In this document: positions 47,466-57,586 of the stretch, piece by piece
How positions within the stretch are numbered: the first letter of the stretch is position 1
How the letters are laid out: every line of letters starts with the position of its first letter
Origin: Dehalococcoidia bacterium
GTDB lineage: Bacteria; Chloroflexota; Dehalococcoidia; Plut-88900
NCBI GenBank assembly: GCA_965207225.1
Contig: CBDBLV010000004.1
Coordinates: 512,001 to 576,000 of the forward strand
Length of the DNA stretch: 64,000 nucleotides
Direction: 5' to 3'
Position numbers and translations under genes: made by a program
Notes under the pieces: model-generated
What the model saw: only the letters and a program-made list of their open reading frames with translations
Told to the model about the DNA's origin: nothing
Database searches by the model: none

Positions 47466-48299
47466 TTACCCGTCCTTTTTCACCCGTATGCCGCCAAATC
47501 TTTCTGCTCTCCACTCCAGGGCAGCTCTTAGCCCTTTCTCATCAATCATGTCAAGAAATTCCCGCACTTGGGGAGCGAGGTGCGTGAAGGCAGAGTTCTC
47601 TGTCGCCAGCCTCTGTGAGGCAGCGTACCCCATGTTGTCCAGCACTTTGTTGACCAGCGATTTGTTCGGCTCCAGCAGATCAAGTGGTTGCAGCGCCAGC
47701 TTCTGTGCCAGTTTGTCCACTTCGGCCTCAAGGTCTTCCTCCGGCACTGACTTGAACGTGAGCCCAATCCTCTCCGCCGTTTTCCCATCAATGTTATCCC
47801 CCGTCAACAAGACGTACTTCGCCCATTGCGGCCCGACCAGATATGTCCACGCGTGCCTGAGCACGCTCTGCATGCCCTTGACATCCGGACACCCTATCTG
47901 CGCGTCCTCTGCCGCTATGATGAAGTCGCATGTCAGGAACAAGTCCGTGGCCCCGGCCAGGAAATAGCCATGCACCTGCACAATCGTAGGTTTGCTTATC
48001 CCTCGAATCATGTCGGCGGTCTCAGTCCAGATTTTGGTTACTTTCTTGTAATCGTAGGCATTCTTGGCATCTCCGGAACGATCTGTCTGGTCGGGTGCTA
48101 GGTCTGCCCCCGCCGTGAAGGCCCTTCCATTCCCTTTTATCACAATCACCGTCACATCGCGGGCATCGTCCATGTCCTTCAGCGCATCGAAAATCTCCCT
48201 GACGAACGGCTTGTTTAGCGCGTTCAGTTTCTTGGGACGGTTCAATATTAGGTACCCTATGTTGCCTTTCCTTTCGGTCAGCACGTATTCGTAAGCCAC
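47466..48299 (-). CDS. Enoyl-CoA hydratase/isomerase family protein
   Basis: LNRPKKLNAL, GRAFTAGADL, KPTIVQVHG, LLTGD, AERIGL. Confidence 0.9.
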   Translation of the reverse strand: MAYEYVLTERKGNIGYLILNRPKKLNALNKPFVREIFDALKDMDDARDVTVIVIKGNGRAFTAGADLAPDQTDRSGDAKNAYDYKKVTKIWTETADMIRGISKPTIVQVHGYFLAGATDLFLTCDFIIAAEDAQIGCPDVKGMQSVLRHAWTYLVGPQWAKYVLLTGDNIDGKTAERIGLTFKSVPEEDLEAEVDKLAQKLALQPLDLLEPNKSLVNKVLDNMGYAASQRLATENSAFTHLAPQVREFLDMIDEKGLRAALEWRAERFGGIRVKKDG

Positions 48300-48350
48300 G
48301 TTTTCCTCCGTTGCCTGTTTTCACCTGCGCCTGACTATGTCCGACGTCTA

Positions 48351-49502
48351 CTATTGGCCATTCTCTTTCCGGAATCTCGGCACGACCTCCGTGCCGAACA
48401 ATTCGATACTTTCCATGTACTGGTCGAATTCAATGAACGGTATGCTAGGAAATATCTGGAAATGCTGGAAGTTGATCTCCCTGTTCAACCTGTCCAGCTG
48501 CTCTGCGAGATGGTCCGGCGTCCCGATCATGATGACGTTGTGTTTCCACAGGAAGTCAAACCAGTCGCAGTTCAGATCGTCATTAGTGAGTTCTTCGTTG
48601 GACCCCAGCAGGCCCTGCCGCACCCGACCCATGTGCGCCTCTATGTTTCCATAAAGATCATTGATGCCCGGCCTCGCTACTTCAAACGCCTCTTCCATGG
48701 TCTTCGCGCAGAACGTCATATACTGGATGGATGTCTTCTCACCCAGTGGCAGACCCTTGCAAGCACTTTCGGTGCCCCTCTTGTACGCTTCGAAGCCCTC
48801 CCTGACCCCTTCCAAGGACCTGGCCGACCCCATGCCAAAGAGCCCCCTGGCCCCGGCCACTTCCCACGAACGGTTGCTGGTCACCATCTGAGTGATTGGA
48901 GGATGGGGCTTCTGGTACGGCTTCGGCAACACCGATACTTTGACCAACTCCCCGTCAGGCGTATAGTGTGGCGGCTCCAGGGGTACGCCGGGATCCGTCT
49001 CCATCCAGCCCGGTAGGGGGATTGTATAAAACCTTCCTTTATGGCTGAAAGCGTCCTCAGTCCATGCCTTGATAATGATGTCCAGGGACTCCGTGAACAA
49101 GGCATAGTTCTTCTCGTTGTCCCGGCGGTCAGCCTCCGGGTTCAACTGAGCGCCCCATCGGCTATTGAACCCTCTCCCTATGCCGAACTCCGCCCTACCC
49201 TTCGTCATATGGTCCAGGGTGGCGATGTCCTCCGCCACCCTGATCGGGTGCCAATCACATATGGATGTAGGGCTCTGTCCAACTTTCAATGTCTTGGTAT
49301 GAAGGGCAATGTCCAGTCCCGTCATAATCGGATTCGTTGCGGTGGAGAAGAACCCATCGTGCCAAAGGTGGTGCTCCGCCACCCACGCGGTTTCAAACCC
49401 GAGAGCCTCCAGCGCCCGACCGTATTCCCGATATTCGTCTACCTGGATATGCCATGGAATCACCTTCTTGGTATGCCAGTAAATTGAGCTGTCGAATCTC
49501 AT
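48351..49502 (-). CDS. LLM-class flavin-dependent monooxygenase (luciferase-like)
   Basis: WVAEHH, WHPIRVAEDIATLDHMTKGR, PKPYQKPHPP, ELFGTEVVP. Confidence 0.9.
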   Translation of the reverse strand: MRFDSSIYWHTKKVIPWHIQVDEYREYGRALEALGFETAWVAEHHLWHDGFFSTATNPIMTGLDIALHTKTLKVGQSPTSICDWHPIRVAEDIATLDHMTKGRAEFGIGRGFNSRWGAQLNPEADRRDNEKNYALFTESLDIIIKAWTEDAFSHKGRFYTIPLPGWMETDPGVPLEPPHYTPDGELVKVSVLPKPYQKPHPPITQMVTSNRSWEVAGARGLFGMGSARSLEGVREGFEAYKRGTESACKGLPLGEKTSIQYMTFCAKTMEEAFEVARPGINDLYGNIEAHMGRVRQGLLGSNEELTNDDLNCDWFDFLWKHNVIMIGTPDHLAEQLDRLNREINFQHFQIFPSIPFIEFDQYMESIELFGTEVVPRFRKENGQ

Positions 49503-49562
49503 CCGGGTCCTCTTCTTTGAATCTCTTAAGTGCCCACCGAAGGCTCAGGTGCGTCAGTGGAT

Positions 49563-50639
49563 TTACAAATCAGCTGCCGCTGGCTCCGCAAATGTTAACG
49601 CGCGTTTCGGGTTGTCTACCAGTATCCTCTGGATATCTTCTTCCTTAAATCCCTTGGCCCGCATCCTGGGGACCATGTATTCAAGAAAATAACAGTATCC
49701 TTGGCCCCCGTACTTTACCAGTTGGCTCTTCCTTGCTATGTCATGGGAGACCAAAAGCTGACCCCCGTGCCCCTCGCCTGTCAGCCACAACATCATGCTC
49801 AGCCGGTGAGCATCATTCATTATGTCTATATGAGGTGCCGACGGAAAATACGATGCCTCCTCTCCAAAGAAGTCGTACTCCAAGAAACATCCTGTCTCCG
49901 CCAGTTTCTTCAGTATCCTCTTGTCGAATACAGTCCGATCCAGGTGACCGATGATCACCCGAAAAAGGTTTGCCTCGGCTTCCTGAAGCACTTCCATGAT
50001 CTCTCCCGGAGCATTCTGATCTCTTCCTGGGTGTATCAAGATCGACGCTCCCGTAACCCTCTGCGCCCGAGCCGTAGCCCTTAACACCTTCCGTTCATTA
50101 GGCAGCAATGGCCAGGAACACCCGACCTCTCCCATTATCCCAGCCTTTACGCCCGTCCTGCCCACCCCTCTCATCACATCCCCGGCTATCTGCTCGGCGA
50201 GCGAGTCTTCACTCCTGTCATCCATATCGGGGGGATGCGTAGCACCGACATAGAAGGAGGAACCCATGATCACGTGCACCCCAGTGGCCCGGGAAATACG
50301 AGCCAGACCAACCGGGTCCCGACCGATACCAATGTTCGTAGCATCCACCAACGTCGAGCCGCCATACTGCTTGTACAACCCCACCTCAGCGATGATCGTC
50401 GATATGTCATCTAGCTTGGAATTGTCCTTGTTGTCTCCCTGCCCGTGATAAAGCCGACCCAGATCCTCCATGCTCACAGGAGCTTCGTATAGCCACCTCA
50501 GGCTTGCTCCCTGTGGCTCTTGTGATACCCCATCGAAAGACGACAACAGATGCTCATGGGTCATGGTCACCCCCAGCTCTTCCGGCTCTATCGGCCCGAG
50601 CACCGTCTGAACCTTTCCTGCGAGGCTCACTCCGTTCAT
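49563..50639 (-). CDS. Phosphotriesterase-family metallohydrolase (copy 3)
   Basis: THEH, GEVG, IHPG, GHLD, SHDI metal ligands, and DNPKRAL. Confidence 0.92.
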   Translation of the reverse strand: MNGVSLAGKVQTVLGPIEPEELGVTMTHEHLLSSFDGVSQEPQGASLRWLYEAPVSMEDLGRLYHGQGDNKDNSKLDDISTIIAEVGLYKQYGGSTLVDATNIGIGRDPVGLARISRATGVHVIMGSSFYVGATHPPDMDDRSEDSLAEQIAGDVMRGVGRTGVKAGIMGEVGCSWPLLPNERKVLRATARAQRVTGASILIHPGRDQNAPGEIMEVLQEAEANLFRVIIGHLDRTVFDKRILKKLAETGCFLEYDFFGEEASYFPSAPHIDIMNDAHRLSMMLWLTGEGHGGQLLVSHDIARKSQLVKYGGQGYCYFLEYMVPRMRAKGFKEEDIQRILVDNPKRALTFAEPAAADL

Positions 50640-51700
50640 CCAGGCTCCGCAAATGTCAGCGCTCGCTTCGGGTTCTCCACCAGAATGCGCTGGATGTCGT
50701 CCTCCCGAAACCCTTTGATCCGCATCCTGGGTACCATGTATTCCAGGAAATACCCGTATCCGTGACCGCCGTATTTCACGAGGTGAGCCTTCTGGGCTAT
50801 GTCATGTCCCACCACTATCTGGCCCCCGTGCCCCTCGCTTATCAGCCACTCGATCACATTCAGACGCTGTGCGTCATTCATGATGTCTATATGAGGCGCC
50901 GGTGGATAATAGCTGACCTCCTGCCCAAAGACGTCGTACTCTAGGAAGCACCCCGTCTCAGCCAGCTCCTTTATCAGCCTTCTGTCGAATAGTGTCCTGT
51001 CCAGATGTCCGACTATCACCCGCGTTAGGTCAGCTCCTGCTTCCTTCAGAATCTCCATTATCTCCGCAGGGCACGACTGGTCCCGACCCGGGTGAATCAA
51101 TATCGGCGCCCCCGTCTCCCTCTGCGCCCGAGCCGTGGCTCTCAACACCTTCCTCTCGTTGGGATGTAGCGGGAAGGAACACCCCACCTCCCCCAGCACC
51201 CCCGACCGAACACCCGTGATACCCACACCATTCCTTACGTCTCTCACCATCTGACCCGTCAATGAATCCTCGGTCCTTTCGTCCATGTCCGCGGGATGCC
51301 GTGAAGCTACGTAAAAGGATGACCCCATGATGATGTGCACCCCTGTACCCCGGGAAATGCGAGCCAGCCCTACCGGGTCACGTCCGATGCCTATGTTCGT
51401 GGCATCCACCAGCGCAGAACCGCCGAATTGCTTGTATAGCTCTACCTCCTCGATGAGGGTCGAGATATCATCCAGCTTGGCGTTGTCGCTGTTAGGCCAT
51501 CGACCGTGATGAATCCAGCCTAGTATGCCCAGGCTGAACGGAGCTTCATATCTCCCCCTGTAGCTGGCCTCCTCGGGCACTGGAAACACGCCGTCAAAGG
51601 ATCCCAGGATGTGCTCGTGGGTCATGGTCGGCCCCAGGTCCCCAGGGTTTATCGGCCCGAGAACCGTCTGCACTCTACCGGCCTGGCTGACGCCCTTCAT
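50636..51700 (-). CDS. Phosphotriesterase-family metallohydrolase (copy 2)
   Basis: THEH, GEVG, IHPG, GHLD, GHDI. Confidence 0.92.
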   Translation of the reverse strand: MKGVSQAGRVQTVLGPINPGDLGPTMTHEHILGSFDGVFPVPEEASYRGRYEAPFSLGILGWIHHGRWPNSDNAKLDDISTLIEEVELYKQFGGSALVDATNIGIGRDPVGLARISRGTGVHIIMGSSFYVASRHPADMDERTEDSLTGQMVRDVRNGVGITGVRSGVLGEVGCSFPLHPNERKVLRATARAQRETGAPILIHPGRDQSCPAEIMEILKEAGADLTRVIVGHLDRTLFDRRLIKELAETGCFLEYDVFGQEVSYYPPAPHIDIMNDAQRLNVIEWLISEGHGGQIVVGHDIAQKAHLVKYGGHGYGYFLEYMVPRMRIKGFREDDIQRILVENPKRALTFAEPG

Positions 51701-51789
51701 GACCGCGTCCCCATGTTCGCTAGCTTGTATATATCAGAAGCTGACTGAACAGTCTTTCCTCAACCGGAGGAGACAAGCTGAAAGCCTTC

Positions 51790-52860
51790 TCATTCCTCCA
51801 CCGGCTCCACGAACGCCAGCGCCCGCTTCGGGTTGTCTATCAATATCCGCCAGATGTCCCTTTCATCAAATCCCTTGATACGCATCCTCGGCACCATGTA
51901 TTCCAGGAAGTAGCAATACCCGTGGCCCCCGTACTTCACCAGCCGGTTCTTCCGGGCTATGTCGTGCGAGACAAGCAGCTGACCCCCGTGCCCCTCGCTG
52001 ATGAGCCAGGCCAGCATGTTTAGCCTTTGTCCATCGTTGGGCATGTCGATGTGCGGCGCGGCCGGATAGAGCGAAGTCTCCTGCCCGAAGACGTCGTACT
52101 CCAGGAAGCATCCGGTCTCCGCAAGGTCTTTGAGTAGTTTCTTGTCGAAGATGGTCCTGTCCAGGTGGCCAACAATCACCCGCTTGGGGTCAGCCCCTGC
52201 TTCCAGCAGGATGGACATTATTTCCGCCGGGCTTGACTGGTCCCGACCCGGGTGTATCAGGATCGGAGCACCCGTTATCCTCTGGGCCCGGGCCGTGGCC
52301 CTCAGCACTTTCTGCTCGTTCGGGCGTAAGGGCCACGTGCACCCCACCTCCCCCATCACCCCCGACTTGATTCCCGTATTTCCCACACCTGTTAGGACAT
52401 CACTTACTATCTGATCGATGAGCGACTCCTCGCTTCTGTCATCCATGTCCGCGGGATGCGTCACCCCGACGTAGAACGACGACCCCATGATGATGTTCAC
52501 CCCCGTGGCCCGGGATATTCGCGTCAGGCCTATCGGGTCCCGACCCAGTCCCATGCTTGTGGCATCTACCAGCGCCGTGCCGCCGAACTGCTTGTAGAGG
52601 TTCACCTCTTCAATGATCGTAGGGATGTGGTCCAGCTTGGAGTTGTCTTTGTTTATCCCTCGACCGTGAAGCAGCCATCCTAGGATCTCGATGCTGAATG
52701 GGGCTTCCCACCTTGCCCTCTCACTCGCCTCCGTCGGCTCCTTGTACACCCCCACCGTCGAGACTAGCAGGTGTTCGTGGGTCATGGTGACCCCGAGATC
52801 ATCCGGGTCTATAGGCCCGAGTACCGTCTGCACCTTCCCGGCTAGGCTTTCACTATTCAT
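51790..52860 (-). CDS. Phosphotriesterase-family metallohydrolase (copy 1)
   Basis: THEH, GEVG, IHPG, GHLD, SHDI. Confidence 0.92.
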   Translation of the reverse strand: MNSESLAGKVQTVLGPIDPDDLGVTMTHEHLLVSTVGVYKEPTEASERARWEAPFSIEILGWLLHGRGINKDNSKLDHIPTIIEEVNLYKQFGGTALVDATSMGLGRDPIGLTRISRATGVNIIMGSSFYVGVTHPADMDDRSEESLIDQIVSDVLTGVGNTGIKSGVMGEVGCTWPLRPNEQKVLRATARAQRITGAPILIHPGRDQSSPAEIMSILLEAGADPKRVIVGHLDRTIFDKKLLKDLAETGCFLEYDVFGQETSLYPAAPHIDMPNDGQRLNMLAWLISEGHGGQLLVSHDIARKNRLVKYGGHGYCYFLEYMVPRMRIKGFDERDIWRILIDNPKRALAFVEPVEE

Positions 52861-52890
52861 GGATTGCCCTCAACGCGTACGCAATCGGCC

Positions 52891-53604
52891 CTAGTCCCTG
52901 ATGTTGAAGCCGCGATAGACCTCTGCGTATTTCAGACCCCTCGGCTTTCCGTTTTCGCTGCGCCATAGCCTCATGTATTTTTCGGCGTCCTCTGGCCTGA
53001 CCTGGCTTCTGTGTTGCTTCAGGGCCTCGATAGCCGTTTCAATGGTGTCCGATACATCAATGACTGTGTTGGCGTCGTCTCCCCGGTCCAACACCAGCAA
53101 CGTGGCAACCTTGTGTGGTTCGAATCCTTCATCCAGGAGCTCCGGGAACGTGAGCCGGTCCCGCGCCGCTGGGTACACCGCCGACAACGTCGCTTCTCCC
53201 ACCGCTATGTGGTCCGGATGCCCAATGTAGTCCCCGTGATCGAAGCTGCGTATCGGGCAGGGAGCGATCAGGATGTCGGGCCTGTGCCTTCTGATCTCCC
53301 TGGAAATGTCCTTTCGCAACTCAAGGGATGGGGTAAGCATCGCATCTTCATAGTCCAGGAAGATAACGTCTCGGACTCCGAGCACGACCGCTGCGTCCCT
53401 TTGCTCCTGCCTTCGCATTTCGGCAAGTTGCTGGTTGTTTATCTCCGGTACGTCGGTACCCTTGTTTCCGTTCGTGCATATCACGTAGACCACATCCATC
53501 CCCTCCCGACACCACTTCGCCACCGTCCCCGAGCATCCCCACTCCGCATCGTCGGGATGGGCCACTATCACCATCCCGCGCTGAGGCTTGATATCGTCTT
53601 CCAT
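52891..53604 (-). CDS. PIG-L/LmbE family deacetylase
   Basis: AHPDDAE, TNGNKG, RRQEQ, HPDH. Confidence 0.92.
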   Translation of the reverse strand: MEDDIKPQRGMVIVAHPDDAEWGCSGTVAKWCREGMDVVYVICTNGNKGTDVPEINNQQLAEMRRQEQRDAAVVLGVRDVIFLDYEDAMLTPSLELRKDISREIRRHRPDILIAPCPIRSFDHGDYIGHPDHIAVGEATLSAVYPAARDRLTFPELLDEGFEPHKVATLLVLDRGDDANTVIDVSDTIETAIEALKQHRSQVRPEDAEKYMRLWRSENGKPRGLKYAEVYRGFNIRD

Positions 53605-53655
53605 GCTCCTTGTACCTCTGTGTTCGATTAGTTGATTTGAAAGTAGGCCTTGACG

Positions 53656-54405
53656 TCAGCCGTACCGGTCTATCAGTTCACGGGTCAGGAGAGTCAGGCC
53701 GGAGATGATTATGACCGCAACCACCGCAAACCTCAACATCGACTCCCGCATCTTCCCCACCAACCGGGAAGCCACCCAGAACCCGACCAGCGTCGCCGGC
53801 AGCAGCATCAGGTTGAGCAGCCATCTCTCTCCCGTGTACACACCGAATATCACGTACAGCACGATCGCAAAGACCGCAACTGTCGAGTAGTAGACCGCTA
53901 TCGTCACCCGGATAGTCCGTGGCCCGTGACCCTGGTTGAAAAGGTGCCACGCCACAATCGGGATTCCGACCCCCAGTCCCGTTACCAGCGCCGCCCCGCT
54001 GAACCCGAAAACCGCATCCGAGATCTTGGACTTTGGTATCGGGACTCTCCTTCTCGCAAGGCTCACCACGGCCAACACTACTATCACCGCCCCAATGAGT
54101 ATCTTTAGGGCATCGGGTGCAAGGGTCTCCAGGACCAACAGACCCAGGGGTACCCCGCACAGCCCTGCGATCACCAGCGGCCGGGCCGTCTCCCCGGACA
54201 CCTCCTTCCTGTTGCGCACCCCGATCATCGCCAGCCCCACAAATGACAGGCTGTTGACTGCCAGTACTACCGGCTGCGGCTCCAGCACCAACAGAAGTAG
54301 CGGTGACAGCATCATCCCCATACCGAACCCCACCAGCCCCGCCACCACCGAGCTTGCAAACACCGCCGCCAGGGCGAAAGCAAGCTCTCCACCGGAAAGA
54401 AGCAT
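53656..54405 (-). CDS. Sulfite exporter TauE/SafE family protein
   Basis: GLVGFGMG..PLL, GVPLG, GVGIP, about 8 TM helices. Confidence 0.82.
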   Translation of the reverse strand: MLLSGGELAFALAAVFASSVVAGLVGFGMGMMLSPLLLLVLEPQPVVLAVNSLSFVGLAMIGVRNRKEVSGETARPLVIAGLCGVPLGLLVLETLAPDALKILIGAVIVVLAVVSLARRRVPIPKSKISDAVFGFSGAALVTGLGVGIPIVAWHLFNQGHGPRTIRVTIAVYYSTVAVFAIVLYVIFGVYTGERWLLNLMLLPATLVGFWVASRLVGKMRESMLRFAVVAVIIISGLTLLTRELIDRYG

Positions 54406-54480
54406 TATCCGGTGCTCTCCATCCCGACCGCTGGTTCTTCAGTTCCCACCCGACCCTCGTTCAGGTAGAATCCAACTACC

Positions 54481-55851
54481 ATGTCTATCCTTCTGACCGA
54501 AGCCACAATAGTCACCTCCAACCCAGACAGCGAAGTCCTGTACGACTCCTCCCTCGCGGTGGACAAGGGCCGCATCGCCGCCCTCGGCTCCACCACAGAT
54601 CTCCTCTCTCAATTCCCTGACGCAGAGCAAGTCAATTGTCGGGGCAAGACCATATTTCCAGGGCTGATAAACGCCCACACTCACCTCATGCGCACCGTGG
54701 GTCGGGGCATCCTGGAAGATACGGGTTACCCTAGCACTCTGCAACATCCTGAGGACATCCGGGACATCCTCACCCCCGACGAGACCCTGGCCATGACCAC
54801 CCTCGGGGCCCTGGAGTCTATCAAGAGCGGGGCCACCGCCGTGCTGGAAATAGGTCGGAACGTCGCATCCTATGCCCGCGCCCTTTCCAGCACGGGTCTG
54901 CGTCTGGTCCTCTCCGAAGTCATCGATGACCTGGACCCCGGGCCCGCCCGTCTGGGTAACTACGAGTATTCCGAAGAAAAAAGAGAATCCCGACTCGAAG
55001 TCGCCGAGGACCTGGTCAAGGAGTGGCACGGCGCCGCTTACGGACGAGTCACCTGTTTCCTCGCCCCCGGCACCCCCGAGTCCTGCTCCCCCCAAATGCT
55101 CCGCTCCGTAAGGGAGATGGCCGAGCGCTACCACATCGGCTACACCATCCACCTCTGCCAGAGCATGGTCGAGATGAATTCAATTTACCGCATCCACGGC
55201 ACCCGCCCTACCCACTACCTCTTTGCCAACGAGTTCCTCTCCCCCCGACTCCTCACAGCCCACAACCGCTACGTAGACCACTCCGAAATCGCAATGCTCG
55301 GCTGGGGCAAAGTGAACATCTCCAACAACCCGGCCATCGCCGCCCGACGCGGCACTGCCGCTCCCGTTCTCGAACTGGAAGCAGCGGGGTGCAACATCGC
55401 CATGGGCTCCGACAACATGACCCATGACATGGTCGAGGTCCTCCGTTCCGGCGTTTTCTACGAGAGGGTGCGGCGCAACTCCCAGATGCACCCCATCCCC
55501 GAGGACGTCCTCCAATGGGCAACCATGGGCTCGGCCCGTGCTCTCCGCATCGACGACAAGGTCGGGTCCCTGGAGCCGGGCAAGCACGCCGACCTCTTCA
55601 TCATCAACTCCTCCCGCGCCCATCTCGTCCCCAACCTCCGAATCGTCTCAGCCTTCGTCCATAACGGCCAGGCTGGCGACGTTGAGTCGGTCATGATAGA
55701 CGGCAAGTGGGTCATGCGCGACAGAGAAGTCCTCACCATCGACGAGCCTAGAGTCGTGGAAGCCGCCCAGGAAGTCGGGACCCGAGCCTGGCAAAAGCTC
55801 CTCGAACACTACCCCAACGTCCCCTTCCCCTTCACCCTCACCCCAAGCTAG
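54481..55851 (+). CDS. Metal-dependent amidohydrolase (SsnA/MTA-SAH deaminase-like)
   Basis: PGLINAHTH, IHLCQS, AHN, GSDN, GSLEPGKHAD, VMIDG. Confidence 0.88.
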   Translation: MSILLTEATIVTSNPDSEVLYDSSLAVDKGRIAALGSTTDLLSQFPDAEQVNCRGKTIFPGLINAHTHLMRTVGRGILEDTGYPSTLQHPEDIRDILTPDETLAMTTLGALESIKSGATAVLEIGRNVASYARALSSTGLRLVLSEVIDDLDPGPARLGNYEYSEEKRESRLEVAEDLVKEWHGAAYGRVTCFLAPGTPESCSPQMLRSVREMAERYHIGYTIHLCQSMVEMNSIYRIHGTRPTHYLFANEFLSPRLLTAHNRYVDHSEIAMLGWGKVNISNNPAIAARRGTAAPVLELEAAGCNIAMGSDNMTHDMVEVLRSGVFYERVRRNSQMHPIPEDVLQWATMGSARALRIDDKVGSLEPGKHADLFIINSSRAHLVPNLRIVSAFVHNGQAGDVESVMIDGKWVMRDREVLTIDEPRVVEAAQEVGTRAWQKLLEHYPNVPFPFTLTPS

Positions 55852-55891
55852 CGCTCAATTCTATGTTTGTCCCAAAGGGGGAAGGGGCATT

Positions 55892-55930
55892 CCGCTCGCC
55901 CTGAGCGAAGTCGAAGGGTCTCAAGAGCGG
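55892..55930. repeat. REP-like element, second copy of the 16168 family
   Basis: CCGCTCGCCCTGAGCGAAGTCGAAGGGTC..GAGCGG. First 14 nt are identical to 16168-16181. Confidence 0.6.
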
Positions 55931-56014
55931 CGTAGGGTAGGTGGGGCAGGGCGCAATCACACGCTATAATGCCTCCACCGCGAGCCCTCTCACCCGACCA
56001 AAAAGGAGGCCCTC

Positions 56015-57544
56015 ATGCGCGTAAGACCCCCGTCCCTCGACACCCTGGCCGCCATCGCCGAATCCTTCGGCATGGAACTCTCCGAGGAGGATCTGGATTC
56101 CTTTCACGGCCTGATCGCACCCATAATGGCCTCCTATGAACGGCTCGACCAGCTCCCCGAGCCTTCTCTCCCCGTCAAGTACCCCAGGACCCCCGGCCAC
56201 CGCCCCGCCGCCGAGGACAATCCCCTCAACGCCTGGTACTGGCGCAGCGAGATCAAGGGTGCATCAGAAGGCCCATTGGCCGGCAAGACCATTGCCATCA
56301 AGGACAACGTTTCCGTCGCCGGTGTTCCCATGATGAACGGCACTGCCATCCTGGAAGGCTACGTTCCCGACTCCGACGCCACAATCGTCACCCGAATCCT
56401 TGATGCCGGTGGCACTATTCTCGGCAAGGCCGTCTGTGAAAGTCTGTGCATATCCGGCGGAAGCCACACTTCGGACACCGGTCCCGTCCGCAACCCCTAC
56501 GACCCCACCCGCAGCGCCGGGGGCTCGTCCAGCGGCAGTGCTGCCCTGGTCGGTGCGGGCGATGTCGACATGGCCATTGGCGGTGACCAGGGAGGTTCCA
56601 TCCGCATCCCCGGCTGCTGGTGCGGGATCTACGGCCTCAAGCCCACCTACGGACTGGTCCCATACACCGGCATATTCCCTATTGAGATCACCCTTGACCA
56701 CACCGGCACTATGGCCCGCTCCGCTGCCGACTGTGCCCTCCTTCTGGAAGCCATCGCCGGCCCCGACGGCCTGGACCCCCGCCAGAATGCCAACCTCCAG
56801 CCCCAAGCCTACGCCCAGGCCCTTACTGGTGACATCTCGGGCCTACGCATCGGGGTGCTGGAGGAGGGTTTTGGAATAGACGGCCTTTCAGAAGAAGACG
56901 TCGATGAGTCGAACCGGGAGGCCGCCGCAGCCTTCGAAAAGCTAGGCGCGAGCGTCACCAGCGTTTCCGTACCCTGGCACAAGGACGGCGTCCATGTATG
57001 GAATGGTATCGGCATCGAGGGCTTGACCCTCCTCATGATCGCCGACAACGGCATGGGCACAAACTGGAAGGGCCACTACTCCACCTCCCTCCTCGACGCC
57101 TTCGCCCGAGGCCGCCGCACCCGCGCCAACGACTTTTCGGAAACCGTCAAGATGGTCATCCTCCTCGGCCAGTATCTCCACGACGACTATCACGGGCGCT
57201 ACTACGCCAAGGCCCAGAATTTAGGCCGTAGCCTGAAGGCCGCCTACGACCAGGCCTTTGAGGACGTTGACCTCCTGTTAATGCCCACCCTCCCACTCAA
57301 GGCCACCAGGATCCCGGGCCCCGACGCCTCCCGCGAAGAGTATGTCGCTAGAGCCTTGGAGATGATCCCCAACACCGCCCCCTTCGATATCACAGGGCAC
57401 CCTGCCATGACCGTACCCTGCGGCATGTCGGAGGGGCTGCCTGTGGGATTGATGCTGGTCGGGCGCACGGGAGAGGATGCCACTGTCTTACGCGCGGCCG
57501 ACGCCTTCCAGCGCAACATCTACTCCCCCGACTACCCATCCTGA
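56015..57544 (+). CDS. Amidase signature family amidase (CX3C subgroup)
   Basis: KDN, CESLC, GGSSSGS, GGDQGGSIRIP. AGGAGG SD. Confidence 0.93.
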   Translation: MRVRPPSLDTLAAIAESFGMELSEEDLDSFHGLIAPIMASYERLDQLPEPSLPVKYPRTPGHRPAAEDNPLNAWYWRSEIKGASEGPLAGKTIAIKDNVSVAGVPMMNGTAILEGYVPDSDATIVTRILDAGGTILGKAVCESLCISGGSHTSDTGPVRNPYDPTRSAGGSSSGSAALVGAGDVDMAIGGDQGGSIRIPGCWCGIYGLKPTYGLVPYTGIFPIEITLDHTGTMARSAADCALLLEAIAGPDGLDPRQNANLQPQAYAQALTGDISGLRIGVLEEGFGIDGLSEEDVDESNREAAAAFEKLGASVTSVSVPWHKDGVHVWNGIGIEGLTLLMIADNGMGTNWKGHYSTSLLDAFARGRRTRANDFSETVKMVILLGQYLHDDYHGRYYAKAQNLGRSLKAAYDQAFEDVDLLLMPTLPLKATRIPGPDASREEYVARALEMIPNTAPFDITGHPAMTVPCGMSEGLPVGLMLVGRTGEDATVLRAADAFQRNIYSPDYPS

Positions 57545-57586
57545 TACGGCCTCGTTTGCAGGCACACATGGCAAAGGAGCGGACCA

